Of a stretch of DNA of 64,000 bases, positions 10,163 to 18,913 are shown piece by piece. The notes beneath the pieces are model-generated. The model was given only the letters and a program-made list of their open reading frames with translations. It was not told where the DNA came from and did no database searches. The translations under genes and the position numbers were made by a program. The stretch's first letter is position 1, and every line of letters starts with the position of its first letter. Source of the DNA: a virus (lineage: Duplodnaviria > Caudoviricetes); the IMG/VR virus record IMGVR_UViG_3300033066_001295, positions 32,001-96,000 of that record; one strand, written 5' to 3'.

Positions 10163-10446
10163 TAGTACCAATCTGTTTCACAGGTTCCACTTTTTCTCAA
10201 CTCACTTTTGGTCAAACCTGAAAAAGGACCTGTCTTAGGCTGGGTAGCAGCCCTGTTACGTGCCCTAAACAAAGACTTCTTAGCTCTCTCGATCTTAGCT
10301 TGTATTACCTGCTCCCCACTCGACCCTTCTGGGTAGTTCCATACGTCCTGCCTAAGCTTCCTGATCTTTGACTCAGCATCACCGACAGAAACATGAGCCT
10401 CCTTCAGGAGAAGCTCGATTTTTTCATGGAGAGAAAGCCTTCGCAT
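10162..10446 (-). CDS. Small basic hypothetical protein
   Basis: Coupled ORF. Confidence 0.6.
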   Translation of the reverse strand: MRRLSLHEKIELLLKEAHVSVGDAESKIRKLRQDVWNYPEGSSGEQVIQAKIERAKKSLFRARNRAATQPKTGPFSGLTKSELRKSGTCETDWY

Positions 10447-10448
10447 GG

Positions 10449-10823
10449 TTAGGCAGCTTCAAAGAGTTGAACTTCAGCGGTGTCCACATCAGATGTCTTG
10501 TGGTATGCCACGCTGATAGCTATTGGAGCATCACCATAAGCCGTCATTCTGATATAAGGCTGGGAGGATGAAACTTTGAGCATGTGGACGTTTGTCGGGG
10601 TGATAGCAAAGTCAGTCTCAGTGCTGTCACCAACAGTAAACTCAATATCAGTCCATGTTGAACCATTTGAGCTTTCCTGAAAGGTGTAAAGGACGGTGTT
10701 ACCGCCACTCTCATCCTGATTCTCGATGAAAATTGCATATCCTGCCGGATTTACTCCGAAAATACGGAGAACGGAGGCTTCAGCAACAGGAGCTTGCTTG
10801 TTGAAAGACTTGGCTACGATCAT
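10449..10823 (-). CDS. Probable small beta-rich structural protein
   Basis: QESSNGSTWTDI motif; ATG 10823 is preceded by TACATA-tctat. Confidence 0.6.
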   Translation of the reverse strand: MIVAKSFNKQAPVAEASVLRIFGVNPAGYAIFIENQDESGGNTVLYTFQESSNGSTWTDIEFTVGDSTETDFAITPTNVHMLKVSSSQPYIRMTAYGDAPIAISVAYHKTSDVDTAEVQLFEAA

Positions 10824-10839
10824 ATAGATATGTAGTGCT

Positions 10840-11310
10840 CTATGTCGTTGGAGGGAACAACTTTGGAGGCTCAGACACAGAGGTCTGAGTGCTATAGCCA
10901 AACTGGAACCATCTTGCCCTTATCCTGTTTGAACTCAAGATCGCAGGTATGGCATCATGTATGGCCTGAACCCACCTCTGAGTAAGCTCATCAACTGTCT
11001 CACCCTCTTCTTTCTCAGGCAGCACAAAGGTCTGTCTGGAGGTTGATGTGCCATTGTCTGTTCTCACCAAAACAGATGGCCTTGTCCCATATTCAAAACC
11101 TTTTTCCGAGAATGTTATAGAGGCAAAGGAGTTACCAGTGTCATAGATGGCCTCAACCCTGTCGCTCTTCAATTCAGAAAAGTTGTCCTCATTGGCAAAA
11201 GCAAGTTTCACCTTGTCAAACCACTCCGAAAATACTGGGTAGGAGAAGACCCCACTATGGATATACCCAGTGTTCGACTCAAGGGGTATCGTGGAAGTGG
11301 CAAATCCCAT
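10840..11310 (-). CDS. Hypothetical protein (morphogenesis cluster)
   Basis: 156-aa ORF in the late array. Confidence 0.65.
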   Translation of the reverse strand: MGFATSTIPLESNTGYIHSGVFSYPVFSEWFDKVKLAFANEDNFSELKSDRVEAIYDTGNSFASITFSEKGFEYGTRPSVLVRTDNGTSTSRQTFVLPEKEEGETVDELTQRWVQAIHDAIPAILSSNRIRARWFQFGYSTQTSVSEPPKLFPPTT

Positions 11311-11316
11311 TAGAGA

Positions 11317-12564
11317 CTACTGGGCTGGTGCTGGCTGGGCTTGAGGGAGAGCTTGAGGTGCTTGAGCTTGGGGGAGAGCTTGTGGGGCCTGAGCTTGAGG
11401 TGCTTGAGCTTTCGCATTTATCTTTGACACAACAGCGTCAGCATTATCGGCCATTGCCTTGCCCATGGAGGCTAGTTTACCGCAAACTGCGTCTGAGAGG
11501 GAATCTGTAAGGTTCTGAATGAACTTTATGCTCTTCAGTGAGTTGCTGAAGATGATTGATACTACCGATCCTGCCAGTGTCTGGCCTATCTCAGTAGCCT
11601 GCATGAGATAGTTGGGCAGTGCTTTTGCCAAAACACCAACTAAGAATCGGCAATCTGTAAACAATTTTGGTAGCTCAAAAACACCAACTTCAGAAAGAGC
11701 TATGGCGATGTACTTGGCAAGGCCATGTGATGGGTCAAGGCCAAGCATTCCAAGAATCTTGGTAGCAACCATCTGCTTCAGTAGCTGAAACCCTCCATGG
11801 GTTACTTTTGAGAACAGGTTACCTAGAACCCCAAACAAACCTTTTCCGGCAGAAATAGCCGTTGGGTTTATACCGGCAGTTTGCATTGCTACATCGCCAA
11901 AACCCTCACAGATTGCCCTAGCTACACCCTCTTCAATAAACTCTGCTGGGACTCCGGCATCTTGCCAGACCTTAACCTGCTCGTAGATGCGGTTAACACT
12001 AGCATAGCTTATGGTTATCTTGCTCTCAGCTAGAGTACGGGCACGCTTGAACATGGGAGCCAAGCTCTCCTGTATCTTAACCACTATCTCAGGTGACTGG
12101 CCTTTGGCAAATGCTTCCAAGCTCTCAACTGAGTACCTAGTCGAGTTTTCAAGAAAGTACTCAGCACTTATGCACTCAGTCTTCTCACTCCTGCTCTTCT
12201 TATCCTTCTCAAAAGCGTCTTTGTTGAGCTTTTTGAGACGGCTTCTCAGAGCACTTGGCGAGAAGCCAATGATCTTGTCACTTTTCAGCATACTCACTAT
12301 CTGAGATGCTGACAGGCTGTTGATGTCTTTGGATGACATTGTTAAGCAGGGATTGCCCTGTCTAGTCGAGTTTTCAAGAAAGTACTCAGCACTTATGCAC
12401 TCAGTCTTCTCACTCCTGCTCTTCTTATCCTTCTCAAAAGCGTCTTTGTTGAGCTTTTTGAGACGGCTTCTCAGAGCACTTGGCGAGAAGCCAATGATCT
12501 TGTCACTTTTCAGCATACTCACTATCTGAGATGCTGACAGGCTGTTGATGTCTTTGGATGACAT
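11317..12564 (-). CDS. Hypothetical virion protein with exact N-terminal duplication and helical amphipathic C-terminal half
   Basis: Directly downstream of the tail tube; the first 68 aa occur twice; QAP-repeat tail. Confidence 0.7.
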   Translation of the reverse strand: MSSKDINSLSASQIVSMLKSDKIIGFSPSALRSRLKKLNKDAFEKDKKSRSEKTECISAEYFLENSTRQGNPCLTMSSKDINSLSASQIVSMLKSDKIIGFSPSALRSRLKKLNKDAFEKDKKSRSEKTECISAEYFLENSTRYSVESLEAFAKGQSPEIVVKIQESLAPMFKRARTLAESKITISYASVNRIYEQVKVWQDAGVPAEFIEEGVARAICEGFGDVAMQTAGINPTAISAGKGLFGVLGNLFSKVTHGGFQLLKQMVATKILGMLGLDPSHGLAKYIAIALSEVGVFELPKLFTDCRFLVGVLAKALPNYLMQATEIGQTLAGSVVSIIFSNSLKSIKFIQNLTDSLSDAVCGKLASMGKAMADNADAVVSKINAKAQAPQAQAPQALPQAQAPQALPQAQPAPAQ

Positions 12565-12586
12565 TGTTAAGCAGGGATTGCCCTGT
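12137..12586. repeat. Exact 225-bp tandem duplication (12137-12361 = 12362-12586)
   Basis: The two copies read identically by eye; 225 bp = 75 codons. Confidence 0.92.
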
Positions 12587-13121
12587 CAATGGAGATGGTG
12601 AGATTGATTTCAACAGGACTTCCGTCGTCATCCTGACTGAACTCACTGTAGGACAGAGCTTCAGGGAAGCAACCTTCAAGATGCCAGACACGGGCACCGT
12701 CAGAATGACTCACTGCTCCGGGGCAGCTTCCACCACCTGCTCCGGGAGGAAGCAGATAGATGTCACCACTCCTCTTGTATGATGAAGCACGACCGATGGA
12801 ACCGGTATCTTCACACCACACATACTTGCGCCACTCATTCAGGACTTTGAGGACGTTCCTGTCAACAAAGTCGGTGAAGGTGAGGTTGTGCTGCTCAAAC
12901 GGAGCAATAGCACCGGCATAGTGCATCGTCTCATTGAAGTACTTGAGACCTTTCTTCACAATCTTCCAAGCTGGAACATTGGACTTTCTCAAGGACAGAA
13001 CAAGGAGGTCTGAGTCAGAGACACCGTAGAATACAACAGCGAAGTTGCTCTTACGTAGTGGCTCAAAGCCACCACTCTGGTGAAGGAGGCTGTCTCCGGC
13101 AAATGATGAAACAACTGGCAT
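12567..13121 (-). CDS. gp19: Tail tube protein (T4 gp19-like)
   Basis: FEPLRKSNF, LNEW...YKRSG, WHLEGCFP, LTISIDRA; follows the sheath gene. Confidence 0.85.
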   Translation of the reverse strand: MPVVSSFAGDSLLHQSGGFEPLRKSNFAVVFYGVSDSDLLVLSLRKSNVPAWKIVKKGLKYFNETMHYAGAIAPFEQHNLTFTDFVDRNVLKVLNEWRKYVWCEDTGSIGRASSYKRSGDIYLLPPGAGGGSCPGAVSHSDGARVWHLEGCFPEALSYSEFSQDDDGSPVEINLTISIDRAIPA

Positions 13122-13139
13122 AGTGTGATGTGGTTAGAA

Positions 13140-15815
13140 TTAGGCTTCTCCAAGGTCTGCGGCGATGAACTCTTCGACATTTGCGCCCGATGGGAGGAGA
13201 GTGAAGTCGAGGATGATCTTCTCCGCTGTCTTCACCGGGATGATGTAGATTTTCGCAGCCATTTCATTATTATTCCTGCGTGAAGCCGGGTTGGTCGATT
13301 CGTCACAGATGACGCGGTACCATTCGAGTGCCCTGCGTCCACGAAGGTCCTTGAAGAATGGTTCAACAAGGTTGCGGAACTGCGCCCAGAGGATTGGGTC
13401 ATTCTGCTCAAACACCAGCTTGCGGGCGGCAGATGCCACTGTCTTCTCGATGTAGAAAAGAAGGCGGCGGACGTTAACCCTGTCAAGAGACGAAGGCGTG
13501 CGCTGAAGGGTCCTCTGACCGAACACCACAATGCCATCTTTCGGGAACTGGGCGATGGGGTTGAGGGCGTTGCCATTTCCGGGACCGTACATCTGCTCGA
13601 TGTGGCCTTTGGAAACAACTGTTTCAACAGCACGTGCATTTGGCACCGTACCACGGTTGATACCGGCAGGAGCATACCACACCTCACTTGTGAAGTCACT
13701 GTGGGCAATGACAGCAGGGATGATGGCAGTAGGCGGCAGCCAGATGTCAGACCTTGTGTAGGGGTCATACTGCTTCACCCAAGGGTAGTAGGCGGCAGCA
13801 CGATTGGTGGCAAAGGCAGCATGGTCACCTGTGTAAGTGCCCTGACCGTTGTGCCAGTCAATGGCTTCCTGAACTGACAGACCGAGAGGGGTGTCAATCA
13901 AGCCAAGACAATCATTGCGGTCATCACAGACATCAATGATCTCTGTTATAACACTGCTCAGAGTTACACCCGGAACACACAGGAGGTTGATGTCCCAAAG
14001 TTCAACCCTGCGGAAGTTCTGAATACCTGTGTAAACACCACCATCAGTGATGGTGCCAATGTAGGCGTCAGCAGTCGGGTTTGAACCATCAACACCACGA
14101 GCATTGTACAATGACTGGGCGGCAGCATTGGCAGTGTTCGCAATCTTAGCGTAGGTTGTGTTGCCAAGAAGCAGCCTTGGGTTGTTGGGGAACTTCACCT
14201 TTTGGTAGGTGCTCATTGGCTGTGCGCCAAGGTTGTCACCAGAACCCAGATACTCAGCATAAACGTAGCCTGAGACAGGGTTTGAAGGGTTGCCAATCAC
14301 CGTATCCCAGAAGTAGTTTGAGGTGTTGTCATGGCCTGACACAGCTTCGTACATTTCCACCTGCCTGCCTTGATAGAAGACACGGACCTGTTTGGTGTGA
14401 AGACCAATTTTCTTCCACTTGCTGTCAGTGGAAGACACAGAAGTGCAGAGGTAAACACCGGCAGGTGCTGGGCGGCTCTTGTTGAGAGCATAACCGAGCG
14501 TGTCACTTGTTCCGGGGGTGGTGAGATAGGTGACTTCAGGGCCAAACTTCAGTGTGCCTGTGGCTGATGCATAGTCAACATCCCAAGCAAGATCAATGTT
14601 GATCACACCTGTGGCAACACTGTTGACCGTGTGAATGCCGTCAAGACCAGTGATGTCAGTTCCAGAGATGAGGACAATGTCAGTAGCAATAACGCCAGAC
14701 GTGACATTGACATTCAGCTTGGTGTACCCGGCATTGCTTGAAGTGCTGGTGATATTGATCGCTCCAGCTAGGTTAGCCAGCCTGATCTTGTCAGTCGTGG
14801 TATTGGTGGAGGAGACATACAAGTCAGTGTCGTCATATGTGCTCGATGAATTGATCACCGTGCCGTTGATGGCAACATTGTCACCCTTTGAGAAGAAGGA
14901 AGCATCATCCACTTCAAAGAGAGCAACACCTGAAGAGTTGCTGATTGAGACAACAGGGGTGTTGAACCAGTCCTTGTTAACACCACGCATTTGCTGACTC
15001 ACCGTCTCAGCCGATGTCATGGCAAAGAGGTCGAGAGGGGAGTCAACTGAAGGGGAGCTTGGGAGAACACCCTCAAGAACTGTGCCGTCATCATCCTCAT
15101 AGGGGCTGCCGGTAGCCGGGTCGATGTTCTTGAAAGCACCACCGTCTGAGATAGTGATCTCAACACCTGAACTTGAGCCGTAGTTGGCCCACGCGCCTGA
15201 ATGACGGGCGGTGAACTTGACCAAGTCGGTGATGGTTGAGTCGTACCGGCCAACAGCGAACACTTCGGCGTTGTTGGCAGCAGCACCTACTGTGCTGTCG
15301 TCAAGGTCGATAACAGCTACAGTTGAGGTGTAGTCCTCAATGTTCAGAAGACGGGTATTGCTGGTAGGGTCAAGCTCAAGAACGGCACCAGTAACACTCG
15401 ACACTTTCAAAGTGTATGAGGTGCGCTTACCAGCTTCACGGATACGAATCCAGTCACCGACAGAAATACCATGGGTAGTGCTCGTCAGCGTGATTGTGTA
15501 GGTGTCAGTGTTGCTGTCATATGAGTATGACAGGAATACGCCCACTTCAAGAGCGTACTCCTTGGCAACCCTCACATAGTAAAGCTGATTTCCCCTGCGG
15601 AGGTAGTTGATGGCAGCATAAGGGCCATACTGGTTCACATCAGGCTCACCGAAGATGTTGAGAAACTCCTCTGGGGTGGTGCAGAGGGTAGGTTCATTAA
15701 GCGGACCCTTCTTGGCAGTGCCAACCATGCCTACTGCCGTCTGACCAAGAGCAGCCACATAGTCGCTGAAATCGCGCTCAAGGATATACACACCGGGTGA
15801 AACAAACTGTGACAT
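13140..15815 (-). CDS. gp18: Tail sheath protein (T4 gp18-like), 891 aa
   Basis: SPGVYILERDFS, KGPLNEP, WYAPAGINRG, GQRTLQ...DRVNVRRL, FEQND, VICDESTN. Confidence 0.96.
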   Translation of the reverse strand: MSQFVSPGVYILERDFSDYVAALGQTAVGMVGTAKKGPLNEPTLCTTPEEFLNIFGEPDVNQYGPYAAINYLRRGNQLYYVRVAKEYALEVGVFLSYSYDSNTDTYTITLTSTTHGISVGDWIRIREAGKRTSYTLKVSSVTGAVLELDPTSNTRLLNIEDYTSTVAVIDLDDSTVGAAANNAEVFAVGRYDSTITDLVKFTARHSGAWANYGSSSGVEITISDGGAFKNIDPATGSPYEDDDGTVLEGVLPSSPSVDSPLDLFAMTSAETVSQQMRGVNKDWFNTPVVSISNSSGVALFEVDDASFFSKGDNVAINGTVINSSSTYDDTDLYVSSTNTTTDKIRLANLAGAINITSTSSNAGYTKLNVNVTSGVIATDIVLISGTDITGLDGIHTVNSVATGVINIDLAWDVDYASATGTLKFGPEVTYLTTPGTSDTLGYALNKSRPAPAGVYLCTSVSSTDSKWKKIGLHTKQVRVFYQGRQVEMYEAVSGHDNTSNYFWDTVIGNPSNPVSGYVYAEYLGSGDNLGAQPMSTYQKVKFPNNPRLLLGNTTYAKIANTANAAAQSLYNARGVDGSNPTADAYIGTITDGGVYTGIQNFRRVELWDINLLCVPGVTLSSVITEIIDVCDDRNDCLGLIDTPLGLSVQEAIDWHNGQGTYTGDHAAFATNRAAAYYPWVKQYDPYTRSDIWLPPTAIIPAVIAHSDFTSEVWYAPAGINRGTVPNARAVETVVSKGHIEQMYGPGNGNALNPIAQFPKDGIVVFGQRTLQRTPSSLDRVNVRRLLFYIEKTVASAARKLVFEQNDPILWAQFRNLVEPFFKDLRGRRALEWYRVICDESTNPASRRNNNEMAAKIYIIPVKTAEKIILDFTLLPSGANVEEFIAADLGEA

Positions 15816-15868
15816 AGCTTTTGTATTTTGATTTGCAGGTCTGGCACTTGAAACACCTGCTCAAAAAA

Positions 15869-15874
15869 TAGATA
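15869..15874 (-). promoter_or_regulatory. Putative late promoter TATCTA for the sheath/tube operon
   Basis: TAnnTA in the intergenic region about 53 nt upstream of the sheath start. Confidence 0.45.
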
Positions 15875-15973
15875 GTGACGAGCATTTGGTAACAGGCACT
15901 TTTCGCTTCAAACTCCAGTCTTCAGTTAAAAATAGCTTGATAATGCACTGTTATGTCTAACAATATCTGTTAG

Positions 15974-16189
15974 ATGCCAAAGAACATAACAAGAATAGAC
16001 TCTGAAACGGCACATGGGTGGCTTGTCAGAATGCAGCGAAAAAAGAAGAAGCTGGCGAAGTTTTTTTCTGACTATGCTCACGGCGGTGAGGAACCAGCTA
16101 TGAAACAAGCTAAGGAGTTTCTTACCGAGATTGATAACAGCTACTCAACCAGCTTTATCTCAGTCTTTCCAAGTGGACTTGAAAATTGA
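15974..16189 (+). CDS. Stand-alone AP2-like DNA-binding domain protein
   Basis: NITRID...HGWLVR...KFFSD..HGG...A...A pattern of AP2 domains. Confidence 0.6.
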   Translation: MPKNITRIDSETAHGWLVRMQRKKKKLAKFFSDYAHGGEEPAMKQAKEFLTEIDNSYSTSFISVFPSGLEN

Positions 16190-16680
16190 AGTGTGTTCAC
16201 ACGTAGTTCTACACCTTCCAAGAACCTGCCTGTGTACTTTTTACCGGCACCATTTTTAAGGTAGGCTATGGTGAGGTGAGGCTGATACTCGGGGTGGCTG
16301 CTATGGTGCTCAAGACTTGACTTCAAAAGGTTGTTCAGTTTGATTAAGGAGTCAGACTCAACGTCCACTTTCAAAACATCATACTCTTCGTTCTCGAAGA
16401 GTGTTATTTTACCAAGCTTCAGGCTAAAGCATCGTTGGTCTCTGAGCAGGTCCTTAGTCTTGTCTGGTGACTTGTCAAGAATGCCATAGAGTACGGTGAC
16501 ATGGAACTCGTCTTCAAGGCCTTTCTCATTTGGTGACAGGTCTTCAGGGTAGATAAGCTGCTGAAAGCGAGAAATAGCTGAATCAATCTCCTCCGGCAAC
16601 ATGGCCATAACACAGGAGTACTTGTACGCCTCGTTCAAACTGTCTTTTTTATATCCAAAGCACTCCAAAAATCTGAGCAT
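16141..16680 (-). CDS. 2H phosphoesterase (T4 gp57B/Acb1-like or 2'-5' RNA ligase family)
   Basis: Two HxT motifs: FHVTVLYG and PHLTIAY. Confidence 0.8.
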   Translation of the reverse strand: MLRFLECFGYKKDSLNEAYKYSCVMAMLPEEIDSAISRFQQLIYPEDLSPNEKGLEDEFHVTVLYGILDKSPDKTKDLLRDQRCFSLKLGKITLFENEEYDVLKVDVESDSLIKLNNLLKSSLEHHSSHPEYQPHLTIAYLKNGAGKKYTGRFLEGVELRVNTLQFSSPLGKTEIKLVE

Positions 16681-16681
16681 G

Positions 16682-16691
16682 TAGATATGTA
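16682..16691. promoter_or_regulatory. Overlapping divergent TAnnTA late-type elements (TAGATA on +, TACATA on -)
   Basis: 14-nt gap between divergent ATGs at 16680 and 16695; CTACATATCTA is also found before ATG 10823. Confidence 0.55.
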
Positions 16692-16694
16692 GTT

Positions 16695-17138
16695 ATGAAA
16701 CGAGTTCTTGTAATTTTGTCGCTCATTCCTTGTTTTGCACTAGCTGGGCCTGTTGAAAAAATAGAGCCACCCGTCATTCAAAACCCATATATCAGCAACA
16801 CAGCATGGGTTGACGTGTTTGGCTTTTGGGATGGTTCTTCAACTGACCTTGGTATTCAAACCACCTACTTCATCAGCAAGTACATCGGAGTAGGGGTTGA
16901 AGCAAGATCACATGATGGGGTTGATGTCGGTGGCTTGATTGTCTTGCGATACCCAGACGAAAAGTTGATCCTAGCACCTTACCTTGTTTTTGCTGCTAGA
17001 AGCAACAATTATGCAGCAGGTGCCGGTTTGAGGGTGGCTCTCGACCATGATTTTGACTTTTTTGTTGAAGGTCGGTATAACTGGGGTGAAGATCAATCAG
17101 CCGAAGTAAGGGCTGGCATAGGTTTTCGATTCTGGTAA
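16695..17138 (+). CDS. Small outer-membrane beta-barrel protein
   Basis: Signal peptide (ALA-G), alternating amphipathic strands, C-terminal aromatic RAGIGFRFW. Confidence 0.7.
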   Translation: MKRVLVILSLIPCFALAGPVEKIEPPVIQNPYISNTAWVDVFGFWDGSSTDLGIQTTYFISKYIGVGVEARSHDGVDVGGLIVLRYPDEKLILAPYLVFAARSNNYAAGAGLRVALDHDFDFFVEGRYNWGEDQSAEVRAGIGFRFW

Positions 17139-17139
17139 T

Positions 17140-17394
17140 ATGAAACGCAAAGAGCTAAAAGAAGAAATTGTCGATTTTGTAGAGTACGAGCTTAGCATCG
17201 CCTTCGGGGATGATGTTCAGTTCTCGGATTTCCTAGACGAATACCCTCAAAGAGACGAACTTGTCGAGGCATTCAAAAATGCTTGTGAATCAGGCTACTC
17301 TGTTACAGTTCCAGATAGCGCACTTCAATCAGCAGAAACAATTCAGGATGTACTTGACGAATGCATTGATGCTGTTTTAAGTGAGGAAGAATGA
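17140..17394 (+). CDS. Acyl-carrier-protein-like acidic protein
   Basis: 84 aa, very acidic, ELVEAF...YSVTVPD...ETIQDVLD; no canonical DSL serine. Confidence 0.5.
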   Translation: MKRKELKEEIVDFVEYELSIAFGDDVQFSDFLDEYPQRDELVEAFKNACESGYSVTVPDSALQSAETIQDVLDECIDAVLSEEE

Positions 17395-17840
17395 AAGCTT
17401 TCAGCATTACAAGTCAACCAGCAACAAATATTCTGGAGGGCCTTAAAGCCCAGTTTACCTCAAGTATCGAAAAACTTGACTCTATAATGACCGAGTATGG
17501 CCTTGGAAGTGCCATAACTCTCCATGGTCTGATCATAGGATTTCAAAAAGATGGTGTTCTGGAGCCTCATGCCACGGCTGTCACCTTCAATGAGGAGCTT
17601 GGGTATCTAGTTGTTAACAGCGACCACCCAGACGGTGAGGAACTTCAGAAAAAGATACCGAGTATTGAGCCTACGCCTCAAACACTTACTGAGGCTTTTG
17701 GAGGTAAGCCTTTTGAAAAGAACGGCAAGATACATTTTATCTCAGTCAAGTATCTTGGGGACCCGATTTTGTTTGTTCCTGATGGGATGGAGGTTAGCCT
17801 ACCAGAAGGTCTTCAACCAATCAGCCATGTGACTGTTTGA
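17391..17840 (+). CDS. Hypothetical protein
   Basis: ATGA-coupled ORF. Confidence 0.65.
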   Translation: MKAFSITSQPATNILEGLKAQFTSSIEKLDSIMTEYGLGSAITLHGLIIGFQKDGVLEPHATAVTFNEELGYLVVNSDHPDGEELQKKIPSIEPTPQTLTEAFGGKPFEKNGKIHFISVKYLGDPILFVPDGMEVSLPEGLQPISHVTV

Positions 17841-17864
17841 CATGAAGCTAAATTCTGACATTGT
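17837..17864 (+). promoter_or_regulatory. Early promoter TTGACA-N16-CATTGT
   Basis: 6 nt before ATG 17871. Confidence 0.55.
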
Positions 17865-17870
17865 ATAACA

Positions 17871-18344
17871 ATGGAGAGCTTAGACGGTGATATTCTTGAC
17901 ATTGCTGAGGGCGTTATCTGCCATCAAGTCAACTGCTTTGGTGTAATGGGTGCTGGTCTCGCAGCTTCTATCCGAAGGGAATATCCTGAAGTGTACGACA
18001 GCTACAGAAAGCTTTGCTACTCCTATGGTGATGAAGACAGATTTAACCTTCTTGGGCAGATTCAAATTGTCCCGGTTGAAAAAAACAAATGGGTGGTGAA
18101 TCTTTTCGGGCAGTATGACATCGGAGGCGAGAGAGCCACTGAATACTGTGCCTTGGCTACAAGTCTGGCAAACCTTCAAGAATGGGCCACAAAAACAGGT
18201 GATGTTATCTGGCTTAAAGAGCCTGTTCCGATATACCTACCATTCAAAATTGGTTGTGGTCTCGGTGGTGGTGACTGGGGTATTGTCAAGAATATCATCT
18301 ATAACAAACTTCCACGAGCCACTATTGTCCGCAAGCGCGACTAA
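17871..18344 (+). CDS. Macro domain (ADP-ribose processing) protein
   Basis: GDILD, HQVNCFGVMGAGLA, VNLFGQ, PFKIGCGLGGGDW. Confidence 0.9.
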   Translation: MESLDGDILDIAEGVICHQVNCFGVMGAGLAASIRREYPEVYDSYRKLCYSYGDEDRFNLLGQIQIVPVEKNKWVVNLFGQYDIGGERATEYCALATSLANLQEWATKTGDVIWLKEPVPIYLPFKIGCGLGGGDWGIVKNIIYNKLPRATIVRKRD

Positions 18345-18838
18345 AAGTTAAACGGCTCCAGAAAGTTGTGGATCAATGGTTGAATGCCATTTTTCTGGAC
18401 CAGTCTGGCTACGGTGGTGGTATCCCCGTCTTCAGTGACATTAAAGCTGATGGCCATTCGCACGACTCCTGACTCAGTCACATCATCACTGTCAAGCTCA
18501 AACAGGAAAATGGAGTCGTACGTGAATTTGGCACCCGTAGCTCTACGCACGATGTCAATCACTGGGTGAGAGGACTCTATTGTTGAAGGTGATGTCACGG
18601 AGCCATCAAAAGTGATGGCACCAAACCTAAATTCGTCCTCTGGCGTGACGAAGAGGTAGGCTGTTGGCTTGAAGCAAGGCCTCTCGTCTATTTCCGAGAT
18701 GTCCACTTCAACAATTTTACCTCCGAGTTTGATGAACTGTGAAAATTCATCAAACACTTCCTGTGGTGATGATCGTGTTGTGTGAGCAAGAAGCTGACCC
18801 TTCAGCTTCATCGCGTATGCTTCTTCATTTCTTGTCAT
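18341..18838 (-). CDS. Hypothetical late protein
   Basis: Isolated minus-strand ORF with TAGGTA (18845-18850) 6 nt upstream. Confidence 0.6.
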   Translation of the reverse strand: MTRNEEAYAMKLKGQLLAHTTRSSPQEVFDEFSQFIKLGGKIVEVDISEIDERPCFKPTAYLFVTPEDEFRFGAITFDGSVTSPSTIESSHPVIDIVRRATGAKFTYDSIFLFELDSDDVTESGVVRMAISFNVTEDGDTTTVARLVQKNGIQPLIHNFLEPFNF

Positions 18839-18878
18839 CCTTGATACCTACGTTTTCCCTAGAGATCAAACAATATGT

Positions 18879-18906
18879 TTGACAAATGACTGACTTTTGG
18901 TATTGT
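18879..18906 (+). promoter_or_regulatory. Early promoter TTGACA-N16-TATTGT with CTGACTTT spacer
   Basis: 7 nt before the rIIA ATG. Confidence 0.8.
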
Positions 18907-18913
18907 TGTTGCA

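Noticed and set aside
1950-11410. Short GC-rich repeats at about 1950-2060, 6890-7020 and 11330-11410 as DNA elements
   Set aside because: Fully explained by Pro/Gly/Glu/Gln low-complexity protein linkers.
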